Source of the DNA: Callorhinchus milii
Taxonomy: Eukaryota
Length of the DNA stretch: 64,000 bases
Reading direction: 5' to 3'
NCBI RefSeq assembly: GCF_018977255.1
Contig: NW_024704742.1
Span: 12,464,001-12,528,000 of the forward strand
Position 1 is the first letter of the stretch. Each line of letters opens with the position of its first letter. This document shows, one piece after another, positions 1 to 12,100 of the stretch. The notes under the pieces were generated by a model. That model saw only the letters and a program-made list of their open reading frames with translations, did no database searches and was not told the origin of the DNA. The position numbers and the translations under genes were made by a program.

Positions 1-228
1 CGAAATGTGTATTCCAGCTCCAAGATCCACATAATGGTTGACAGTGTACTTACTGAGCTCATTGCTCTGGAAATGAGGCAAGGCAAGGCTACCCATTGTC
101 ACTCACCCTGTTCGATGTGTTCATCAATGACATGTTGGATGGCATCAGGGATGGACTTGACTATCTGTCCCAGGCCTCTCTGACAGGATTATGGTGCTCC
201 TGTTTGCAGACGAAATTGTGCTTCTGAG
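1..228 (+). mobile_element. Degenerate non-LTR retrotransposon RT fragment (RTE/RTEX/L1-like, not L2/CR1)
   Basis: Translates RQGYPLSLTLFDVFINDMLDGIRDG, then after a frameshift RIMVLLFADEIVLL (RT motifs RQGxPLS and FADD). Confidence 0.7.
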
Positions 229-2356
229 AAATTCATCTTCTGGGATGCACTCGCCATCTTTCACATCAGGAGGATGTCACGTTTGGCAATGGAATGTCAG
301 AATCAACATTCTGATGACCCTAGCGAGTCTGGCTTATTAGCAGTACTTGGAAGAGCAGACCAGTCATTGGTTCAAGGATTCTTCCCACTCAGCTCCCATT
401 AACCTTGCAAGTCAAATATGTAAAGGGTAGAGTGGTCCCAGTTGAATAAGCTAGGCAGGCAGTGCTTTCATTGTGGTTTTAGCTGATTATTCGCAGTCTG
501 CAAAGTCTTAACTTGCCATTGGCGATGCAATGGTGGAGTCAGCTAATGATGAATGGTGACTTAAGACAACTGATGTGGAAAACACCATAAATGCGCTATT
601 GAAAGTATTTCATTCTCCCTTAATCCTAATACATTTTCTTTTCATTATTTTTTATACATTTGTTTATACATTTTATGTATGCACTCCAAGACGCCGTCTG
701 GCGTGAAAGGCACTATATAAATGCAAGTTATTGTTATTTTATTCAAAAAGGAAGTTTCTAGCAATTCAATCAAAGGGTGCGGGGGGGGGGGGGGGGGGCA
801 TTTTCATAGTCTTTTTAGCCCTGTTTAAAAAAGCCTACTATAAAATTTCAGTCATCAATGAGCAACATGATGTAATTATTCGCTTACCAAAAATTAAAGA
901 TGAAGTAACACAAACTGAGTTGCTTTTAAGTGGGTTATAAAAAGCATTCATTTTGAAACATCTGTTTTGGCTGAGTAGATGTGAATGATAAAAAAAACAT
1001 TTTTGAAAGCTTCCTTTAAATGATGGCCAAGCAAAGGTATTAAAATGATCTGCAGTTCATTTTAAACAGATTCGCCAGGCTCGTTATTCACTGAGATGCC
1101 TGAAGCTTGGGTTCCTAAACCTTAGTGTATTTTTCACTCAATTGTCTTAATCTGCTTTAGTTGTAAATCTCAAATAATTTAGTCAAATGCATACTTTTTA
1201 GAGTGAACATTTATTTGATGGCCGCCTAGGACCAATAAAAGTGAGCTCCGGCCTATCATGAATTGATGGATTAGAATGAATTTACATGGCACTATATTTA
1301 AACAATATCTTTAAAATTCAGCAAACAGCCTTATCTTATTGCTGAAACATAAATATTTAATGGCTGTCCTGCTAATGGTGCTGAGTAAGGCTGCTGGTTT
1401 CAAATATATAATCAAATTTACATCTGCAAAAACTGGTTGAGGTACATTCATTCAATAGATGTACAATTAGTATACCTTTTTTAAAATTACAAAAACATAC
1501 ATGTTTGTAATGCTATTACAAAAAGGGTTTTATAATAATTACTATTAAGTATCATGACCATTTTTGTAGGCACACACAGCTATTTTGCACACAACAAATG
1601 ACCATAAGTTAAATGATCAATCTATCTGGAGGATCGTTGGCTAAGACACTGGCTAATAGCAGCAAATAATTTCTAACATCCATCTGAGGAATTCTTTCTG
1701 ATGTTGTGTGATCACTACTGTATCATAATAATCCTTATTTCTGATAGAATCACATCATTGGAACATCTCAAAATACTTCCCAGAATGTATTGCAAAGTGG
1801 ATTGACTGTGTATTGTGTAGGTGAAACGCAGCAGCCAATTACGCACGTATCAGTAAATGATATGACAATTAAAACATCTGATGAGGGACAAGATTAAGTT
1901 TGTTAAAGTTGTGAGGTGTCAGTTCCCACAATGGCTCAATTGGAAGAGATACCGACTAGTGTGTAACTGAGACCTAGAAATGCCCAAGATCATCGCTCCC
2001 TGGTCTGTCATGTGTTAGTTGATCTCAGTAATGAGCATGACAACAACAACAACATATAACACCCCTCACGCAGGGTAGAGCTCCAGAGAGCTTAATGTGA
2101 TAATCACATCAATATGTGCTTGTAAACAAGTGTAAAGCAAAGTTTCCAAACTATCTCATGAAGTGCTTGTGGCTTAACCTTGCCTGCTCACCACAAAACA
2201 TTTTGTGTCATTTCCATTTGTAGTCGATCCCAGAAAAAAAATTTAAGCTATGAAAAGTGGATTCATGTTTGAAGAGGTTTCTGCAATTCAAGTGATCAAT
2301 CAATTGGCAAGAGCAAAGGTAGCCAAGACATCCTGAGTGAGGCTACCTTTGAATTT

Positions 2357-2680
2357 GTGGAGTCCTGTAGCTCAGTGGTTAGAGCACTCGCTTTGCAAGC
2401 GAGAGACCCGAGTTCAATTCCAGGCAGAGCGAAACCTTAGGCAAGTTTCCTCACTCCACACAGAGCCTAATAATAATCCCTCCAAAACCAAAAACAATGA
2501 TAAATCGGTCATTTTCAATCTACGAGTGTTTGTGGGACATTGCTGTGCGCAATTGGCTGCCGCATTCGCCCACAAATATACAGTCAATTCACTTTACAGT
2601 GTGTTCTGTGAAGCACTTTGGGACGTCCTCCCGACGTGAAAAGCGCTATATCAAATGCAAGGATTATTATTATTATATTA
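2357..2680 (+). mobile_element. tRNA-Ala-headed Deu-domain SINE, short young form
   Basis: A box TAGCTCAGTGG, B box GAGTTCAATTCC, anticodon arm ctcgc-tttgcaa-gcgag, Deu core gtgggacattgctgtgcgcaattggctgcc, L2-like tail, (TTA)n. Confidence 0.92.
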
Positions 2681-2808
2681 TAATCCAATTATCTGAGGTA
2701 GGAAAGGGCATTGTTAAGTCCACCAGGATTCAAACAGTCATGGTTCATGTTAATGTCTTGTAGAGCAAAATATTTCAAACTCATAAATGCTGAATTGAAA
2801 ATATTATA

Positions 2809-2814
2809 TTTATT
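2809..2814 (-). promoter_or_regulatory. Candidate polyadenylation signal (AATAAA) for TECRL
   Basis: First minus-strand AATAAA seen after the stop codon, about 215 nt downstream; AT-rich context makes it weak. Confidence 0.4.
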
Positions 2815-3029
2815 ATTACTCACAAAACCAATAAAGGAATGAAACTGGCTCCTACTCAGGAATCTGATTGTGCGCCATTGAGTGATCGCTGAAGAGTTCA
2901 AACTTATTTATAAACTACAACTCTGAGGAGTTCATGTACATTCCTGAAATCCCAATAAGGCACCACTGACACTCTGACCTCAGCAATCTCTCCTTTCTTC
3001 CCATCACCAACAGCATTGCCTTCCGAACG

Positions 3030-3157
3030 CTACAGGATAAATGGGATAATGGCAGCTCTATATACAGGATAATTCTTAAAATGTTTGCGATATTTGAAAT
3101 GCTTCCTTTGAGCCCACAGGCTCAACTGGAGTGATATCATCAGAGCAAAGACAGCAA
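3030..3157 (-). CDS. TECRL: TECRL last coding exon 12 (128 nt) [41 protein letters not shown]
   Basis: Strong acceptor tctttctcttttgtttcag; ends IIPFIL-TAG like TECR/TECRL C-termini. Confidence 0.95.
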
Positions 3158-6100
3158 CTGAAACAAAAGAGAAAGAGTGTAATTATTGGCACATATATCT
3201 TAACCTCCTGTATCAACCATACAACAACGGAAATGGAGACAATGGAGGAGGCTAGTTTTCCCACTGTTTGGTATTTGCTCCTCCCAGAAGTCATAATAAT
3301 AATAATCCTTGCATTTAATATTCCAAACAAACAGTCATTCCACTTCACAGTAAAACCCTGTGAAGCACTTTCAGACATCTCAGTAACATAAGACAATCAA
3401 ATACAAGGATTACTATTATTTTTACGAAATTTCTGTGTTAGTTATCCAATCCAATTATTGCTAATAATTTGCAATGCAAAATTGAGTGTTTTTTTCACGT
3501 GGAGTCCTGTAGCTCAGTGGTTAGAGCACTCGCCTTGCAAGTGAAAGACCTTGTTCAATTCCCGGCAGAGCGAAACCTTGGGCAAGTTTCCTAACTCCAC
3601 ATGCCTGATAATGATTCCTCAAGAAAAAAATAATATTTTGGTCACATCAATCCACAACTGTTTGCGGGACACTGCTGTGCACAATTGGCTGCCACGTTTT
3701 GCCCACAAATATACAGTCAATTCACTTTACAATATATTCTGTGAAGCGCTTTGAGATTTCTAGACGACGTGAAAAGCGCTATATCAAATGCAAGGATTAT
3801 TATTAAGCGTCTTATCATGTCTGAGATAATAATAATAATAATAATAATCCTTGCATTTGATATAGCGCTTTTCACGTCGGGAGGACGTCCCAAAGCGCTT
3901 CACAGAACACACTGTAAAGTGAATTGACTGTATATTTGTGGGCGAACGCGGCAGCCAATTGCGCACAGCAATGTCCCACAAACAGTCGTGGATTGAAAAT
4001 GACCAATTTATTATTGTTTTTGGTTTTTGGAGGGATTATTATTAGGCTCTGTGTGGAGTAAGGAAACTTGCCCAAGGTTTCGCCCTCTGCCTGGGATTGA
4101 ACTCAGGTCTCTCGCCTCAAAGCCCTTCACAGAATATACTGTAAAGAAACTAATTCCCACAATATAATCTGCCATGCACCCTAATCCCAATTCCTTACTC
4201 TTTCTTTGTAAAATAATATTAATTGTACACTGTAATACACCACCCAGCCAAATCATTCCATACTCTAACAACCCTCTGGGAGGAGAAGCTCTTCAGAACC
4301 TCTCCTTCCACCTCACCCCAATCCCATGTTATAATGTTAAATTCATGCTGTTCATGAATTCAATTCAAATTCAATTGTTCCTGAATAACCCGCCTGAAAT
4401 CAGTGGCTATGTCTCTTACCCGGGAGCGTTTGTGTCATTATTGTGAAACTAATCCAGGTTCCCATCTGCAATGAGGAGAACACAGAGTTTAACTGATTTT
4501 GTAACATTGTCCAGGTTTAATCAACTAGTCCACAGATAATCATAGTGAATCCACTAACTGCTGCATTGAATAATGTGTTGCATTTACTGCCATTAGAGAA
4601 ATTGCACATGAAGAAACAACTGTACTTCTCATGTTGAAATTACTTTCATGAAAAGCAATTTTCTAAAAGAAAAGTTCATTTTAAATCCGATCAATAAAGT
4701 GGAGCAGTAGATATAATTGTAACTTTTGAAATTAAATGTGTGAAAAAGCATAAAATTGCTTCACGATTTGCATTAGAAAGGAGTGTGATGTCTGTTTTTT
4801 TTTAAAAAAAGGATACAGTCTATGTGATGGTTACAAAGACTGAATGTGACAGGAGTGACCCTGCCTTCTGCTGTTTCCAATGATGACATCCAAGAAGCAG
4901 GGCCTGCAGTGTTTGACTTGTGAATCAAGACCTTTGACCTCGAACACCAAGATTCCATATTCTTGAGATTTTATTTTCCAAAAAAAAATTGGCAGTCAAA
5001 GGCTTCAACACCACTTCTTGCTTGGGTCCAAATCCCTGAATGTTCAGCGCCTTGGGACATCCTCCTGATGTGAAAGGCACCTACACAAATGTCATTTTGT
5101 ATTGTATCTGACTTTGCAGGGTTCAGTATTGAGGGTGATGTGCGGGGAAGGAGGATATATATCAGACATGATACAACACAATTTATATTCATGTTTCGCC
5201 TTTCACATCAGAAGGACATCTTCAAAGAACTTTACACTACTGACTGTGACCCAAGCCAGGTCACGAGAGCTGAAGATGGTGGGGAGTTGAACAATGACCA
5301 AAGGCAAAGAAGTCTTGAAAGTGAGGGGGAGGAGGAGGATGAATCGGTTGGAGACACACTATGATGGAGTAAAGGAATGGAAACTGAAAGCTCACCCGCC
5401 AATGGTGGGGCGGGTTAGGGTGAAGAACATGAAGCAGGTCCAGTGAAAGCTGGAATAAGGAGCTACCAGGTTAGTAGGGTTGCAGAAGATCACAGAGCTA
5501 GGGTGCGGTAATACTGTGGAGGGATTTGAAAGTGATCAATAATAAATGGAGCATAAAAGTGGTCCCAATATAGCTCTCACCACTATGCTTACTATCAGTT
5601 ATTGGCACTTGCCCTCCTTGCAGAATTGCCCAGATTGTTGGCCAGGACACAGGGAGGAATTTCTCTTTTCAAGAAGGAAATGGGATCTTTGAAAAGTCAG
5701 ATTAGTTTAATCCGAAGAACAGCACATCCAACAATGCAGCATACCTCCAGCATTGCATCGGTGTGTTAGCTTAGACTATGCAGGGCTTGAACCATCCGAC
5801 TCCAAGGCAACCTCTCTTGTGACCACATATTAAAATAATTAATTACCTCATACGTGTAGTTAGGGCAGGAGACAAGTTTGAAGAGCCACGTGAAGGGGTT
5901 GTATGTGGCTCTTGCAAAATGAATCCCAGAACCTAGAAGTAAACAAAGCAGATAGAATATTGGCATTGGTAGATGTAATAATCCTAGCATTTTGATATAG
6001 TGTCTTTCACATCTTGAGGAAGACTCAATATGCTTCACAGGATTCACAATAATATTCATAATAAATAATAATTCTTGCGTTTGATATAGCATCTTTCACA

Positions 6101-9100
6101 TCAGGAGGGCATCTTAAAACCCTTCAGCATATACTGAAATGTTTTGTGACTATGTAACTGGTAGGCAAATACAGCAGCTAATTTGTTTACAGCAATGTCC
6201 CATAAACAGCCATGAACTGAATGGATCAACTTTATTCGGGGCATTGTTGGGCAGGACACTGGTAAGCAAAAAACCTCCTCTCTTTTTGAATAGTGCCATG
6301 GGATCTTTAACATCCACCTGAAGAGTTAGACAGGACCTCAGGTTGACATCTCATCTGAAGTGCTGCACCCAAAGCAATGCAGCCCACCTCCCATCACTGT
6401 ACCGGAATGTCGGCCTAGACTATATAAGTCTCATGTCCTGATGTGGGGCTTGAATGCACAACCTTCTGATTCCAGAGGCTGACATTTGTTCACCACTCAA
6501 CCATTGTACACAACTGAATTATCAAAATGTGACACATTTGGAGAAACACATGCCAGACAAAGCCTAAAACTATTTCCTTCTGATTTATTTGATCTTTGCC
6601 ACTAAATCTTATTCTAATTGATGCAGTGTGCATGATTATTGTATATTCTATTAAGTCACAAAATAACACTCTTTAATGGCTGTTTATTGTTATTCAGCAA
6701 TTTACATTCCTTTAACTTTGCCCTGTATACCTTGTATCTGTCCTGAAATTGCTCTAAATCGATGTCCTTTTGCTTCTTACTGTATTGATGCATCCTAAGG
6801 TATTGTTCTAAAGGGTCACATCTCAGTTAAGACATCATCATGTGCAAGTAGTGCTTTAAAATGAAACTTTCACATACCTGTTTTTTGCATGTGAACCAAA
6901 GCAATGTTTATAAAATAATTTCCAGCTTCACAGACCTAAGAGACAGAATTATTAATATTGTGGTTAAGAGATTCACCAATTAATGATTAAAACCACATTT
7001 GGATTTTAATGGGTCTGTCGCACTTTCCCCATGCATATTAGTCTAATGAAAATACATATAACTTTCACTGTCATATCTGATCAACTGTTAATTATAAAAA
7101 GAGAGAATGTGTCATAGTAAGTAATGAGATATGAGAAATAGTCAATTGAGGGTCCTGGGTTAGTTCCCTCAGGGCATGTGATACCTTCCCCATTGTGTAT
7201 ATATATATATATATATATATATTGGATCGCTTTTCCAGGGATAATAATTCCTTCAAAAAAAGTGAATAACAACAATTTGGTCACTCAATCCCCGACTGTT
7301 TGTGGGACACTCCTGAGCGCAATTGGCCACTGCCCCACAAAATACAGTATACACTTTACAATATATTCTGTAAAGCGCTTTGAGACGACTCAAAGACGAG
7401 ATAAGGCGCTATATCAAATGCAAGGATTATTATATTATATGATTATTTATATTATTATTTATATTGTTCCACCTCATTGTTGACTTTATCAAGATGAGGA
7501 ACGTTAGTGTTTGTAAGTGGAACTCTATCCTATTGTGTGAAGCCTGTATAAACATGTAACACCATGGACTAGAAAATTGGCCAATTCCCGGTCATTTAAG
7601 AAATTGTTAAAAAAAAGTGGTTCCTACTTAAAGAAATTTAAGTACAAAAACAACTTCACAATATATCTAATGTTTCACACATCTTTCCTCTGTTACCAGC
7701 AATGTGCAGGTCGTTGATAATTCATGCAATCAATGTCCTCTCTACCTATGGCCAGGGCTTCCTATGCTTCTGTGATCTCTCTGTTACCTTTGACACTGTT
7801 GATTATTCTATCCTTTGGCCACCACCTCGCCACCTTGTTAAAATAACAAAGAGTATTTTCCTAAATCTTCCAGCACCATGGACAATCTTACCATGAAATC
7901 AGAGATTCATAATACATTTAACAGCCCAGAAATAGGTGATTTGTCTGTACTAGTGCCAGCTACTTAACTGCAGCTTTAACTCCAATTTCATTTCTATGAT
8001 TCTTCTTAAATGGATCTGTCTGACATGGATTCAGGGGCTGCTGATGATTTTTGCAGTTTTCTTCCATTTTGTTTTCATATGTGAAATATTTTTTTCTGGA
8101 TGAAACCATGTCAATCTTGCAAATCTGAGCATTTGAAAGTAAAGTTACAACAACAACAACTTGCACTTACATAGTGCCCTCCACGCAGGTAGGGTCTCAG
8201 GGTCTAACAATGGCAGAGCCTGACTCCAAAGCAGGGGGAAGGGGGAGATGGCCATAAGCATGGACGACCAGGAAAGTCTTCAGGCGAGACTTGAGAGGGA
8301 AGAGAGAGGTCAAGGTGGAAGGATTGAGGGAGAGTGTCCCAGAGTTTTAGGGCATAGTGGCTGAAAGCACGACCTCCGATGGTGGGGCGGAGGATGCAAG
8401 GGACAAGCAGGAGGCCAGTGCTAGTCGAGTGGAGGCACCGGGTGGTGGATTGGGGAGTGAGGAGGTCAGAGAGATAGGGAGGTGCCAGAGACTGAAGGGA
8501 TTTGAACACGAGTGTGAAGATTTTGAAGTCAATCCAGTGATAGGGAGCCAGTGGAGCCTGGGCCAGAACTGGTGAGATGTGAGTACGGAGTTTAGTCTGG
8601 GTTAGTATGTAGGGGGCAGAGTTCTGAATGAGCTGGATCGTTTGAGTGGTGGAGCTGGGGAGACCAGCGAGTAGTACATTGGAGTAATCCATGCAGGAGG
8701 TGACAAACGCATGCACAAGAGTTTTGGATGCATTTGGGGTAAGGTACCATCAGAGGCGGGCAATGTGGCGGAGGTGGAAGGACCGGACATTGGGGAGGAA
8801 GGACAGCTGGGGGTTAAACCGGATGCCTAGGTTGCGCACTGGTTTGGTGAGTGTGAGGTCCAACCACGGAGGTTGAGAAGTTTAGATCCGCAAGAGTGAA
8901 GACGTTGATGGGAGCCAAGGAGTATGGCTTCTGTCTTGGCCACATTCAACTGCAGGAAGTTTGTACTACAGGCCCTGATAACTGTCAGACAAGCTGATAG
9001 AACATTGAGGGACCTGGAGTTGGTACTGGAGGAGGCAAAGTACCCCCAAATTAGCTGTTTGGATGCGATCTGCAGTAGATTTGGGACATCCTCCCAATCT

Positions 9101-12100
9101 GAAAGGTTCTATACAAATGTAATTTTGCATTGTATTTCTTCCTCTGGGGAACTTCTCTCAGCATTTCATAATGCCAGCCTTTTATCTTTCCATCATTAAG
9201 CTCTTTCTTAAATAATCTGACTTCTGTCACCCAATCTGATAAACCGCTGATTACCTTCTGTGCGAAAAAATGTACTCCTAGTGCCCATTCTAAAATGACC
9301 CCTGACCCTCTGAACTTGTGCCCTGTTGTCCTGCATGCAGTCTTGGAATATCTGAAAGTGTTCTCACTTTATCTTCTCAATCTCATTTTGTATCTTATCT
9401 TTTCGGCCATAAAATATCCAGTCGATTCATTTTACAGTATATTCTGGGAAGCATCTTGGCGACGTCTCAAAGACGTAATAAGGCACTATATCAAATGCAA
9501 GGATTATTATTATTACTATATGCATCTACAAGGTCTCTTCTGCAACATTTCTTTTCAAGGATGAAGGACCCCCTAGTTTACCTAATTGCTCCTGATAGCT
9601 CATCCCTCTCACAGTGTTTGTGTCATGTACCATCTGGCTATTTTTATTCATTTCAGGGTCACCTTAACATGGAATAGAATGGAATGTGCACTCTCTCCCT
9701 GTAAGAGACGCATCCTACTTACCTAATTCTGGAAAGTATTAGGTTGGCAAGAGCATGCATTGGGGTATTCCTGGAGTCTAACCAGCTAAGACCACATAGC
9801 TTGACATTCAGAGACAAGCTTTATCACTGTTTGTCCAGCTAGGACCACCAGACAAGGCCCAAGCAACTTTGGCTTGCAGGGTTAATAGGAGCTGAGTGGG
9901 ATGATTCCATGTCCCCAGTTAATGGTCTGCCCTCCCAAGTCCTGCCCATGAGCCAGGCTGGCTGTGCTCTCTTCAGCAGAGTTTAGATTATATTGCTTAT
10001 GCGGAGCAAAACAACAGGGCAGACTTGATGGGTCAAATTCTGCAGCATTATATGATTCTGCAATGGAGGTTCTAAGTTAATGTACCTTAGTTCCTGGTGG
10101 GCATGGGATAATAGCACAGAAACTGTGCTGCAGTAGTCAAAGCAGCACTACAACAGCAAAATTACATTTGTATTGGGCATTTCACATCGGGAGGACATCC
10201 CAAGATACTGGACAGTGTACAGCATTTCAGACCCGAGCTGGGGTCAGGGAGGGAGAAGGAAGGGGAGGGGAAGTGACAGATGGCATGGTTGAAGAGGAGG
10301 GTTTTGAGGCGGGACTTGAAGGAGGCTAAATTGATGTTCTCAATAAGAGAGGTCATGATTAGTGTGTATGACTAATGGAAAATTCTGGGAGTTAAGTACA
10401 GGGCCAAGCAACTTTAATCTGCCATCTATCTGCTCCAAACTCAATCTGGGAGTACTTGCGGCTCACAGTGACATTCAAAGGTAAGGAAGTATTGACATTC
10501 AAAGGTAAGGAAACACTGATACAGCTCACCTCGATGAAAGGAGATACATTCAAAGGAACAAATAGTATCTTTACTTCTGTCGTCCTGGTCGCAGCCTGAT
10601 GCCGCTACCGAAACAAGCAATATATAAAAGTTAATAATAATCCTTGCATTTGATACAGCCATGGATTGGGTGACCAAATTATTTTTTAAAAGGGATTATT
10701 ACCCCTGGAAAAGTGAAGAGTTCCTACTTACTAGGCAAACAGAGGCATGTGGGATAAGGAAGCTTTTACCTCAGGTTTCGACCCGCCCACGTTTGATAAC
10801 CCGGGTCCTCTCGCTTGCGATGCAAGTGCTCGGACACGACTCCACAAACCACAGGTGCTATGAAGTACATTCAATGGTAAGCTTTTAAAACTATGGTCCA
10901 TATTATTTAATCAAATAAACCTTGGACTCACCAGAACACTAATCACGGCTGGTATAATTTGCTTGGTGCCAAAGCCTAGGAAACAAAATATACAAAATAA
11001 TCTGTGATTTCCAGCATGCAATGTAGGCAACTGCAATCACTTTGATAAACTAGATGAACCTTTCTGCTTCTGAAGATTGTTTTCCATTTTGTAATCAGTT
11101 TTCCAGCAATTTCATAGTATCCATTTTTTAAAATTACTATAATTCCCAACCTTCCTTCTGGATGCAGAGCAAATAGGAATTTCTTGCAAAATACCAAATT
11201 AATGTAGGTCAGAACTATCCCAGGTCACTCAGAAACACAATGCAACAGGTAAAAAAGGTTCATATCTTCAAAATCTGCTCTTTCGCAACCTACTTTACAG
11301 AAGGCGTTTAAGGTCTGTTTAAAATCAACAGCTTTTCAAAGTGAAAGAGTACCAGGTGAAACATCTTTTTGAAGAATGAGCTTCATTTACTAAATAGCAC
11401 TGTCACAGACCTCAGTGATCGAGCAAGTCTTAATAATAGTTGCCAGAGGAATTGACTCTGACAAAGATGTAATCTTTATTCGAAGCAACAACAACAACTT
11501 GTTGTTTTCAATTCCAATCCTTTCAATTCCTATTTCCCACTTTCTCCCCATATCTTTTAATACCCTGACCTACCAAAAATCTATCAACCTGACTCTTTGA
11601 AGGTGTGGATGGATCCAGCATCCACTGCCTTTTTGGGGAGAGAATTCTAGATTTCTACCCCCCTTTGAGTGAAAAAATGCATCCTGATTTCACTCTTAAA
11701 TGGCTTGGTTCTAATTTTGACTATGCCCAATTGTTTTTGGATTCCCCCACCAGAGGAAATAGCTTCTCTGTATCTACCCTATCAAATCCCTTTAGCGTCT
11801 TAAGTACCTCAATCAAATCATCACTCAACCTTCTATACTCAAGGGAATACAATCCATGTTTAGGCAGCCTTTCCTAGTAGCTTAACCCTTTTTAGGCCTG
11901 GTAACATTCTGGTGAACCTGCACCCCCTTCAGGGCCAATATATCTTTCCTGAGGTGTGGTGCACAAAGTTGAACATAGTACTCCAGATGAGTCTGACTGA
12001 CCCCCTATACAGAGCCCTTCACGCCAGACGTCTAGGAGGTCTTCAAGTCGTGGACTTACCACTCAGTAAACAGAGGGTGTAGAGTAAGGAATCTTGCCCA

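Noticed and set aside
2357..2432. tRNA-Ala(TGC)-like sequence with A/B boxes, and its many copies
   Set aside because: These are SINE heads. Each runs into the Deu core and L2 tail and lacks a proper acceptor stem, so they are not tRNA genes.
10470..10515. 24-bp direct repeat gacattcaaaggtaaggaa x2
   Set aside because: Simple local tandem duplication; two units, no spacers, not CRISPR-like.
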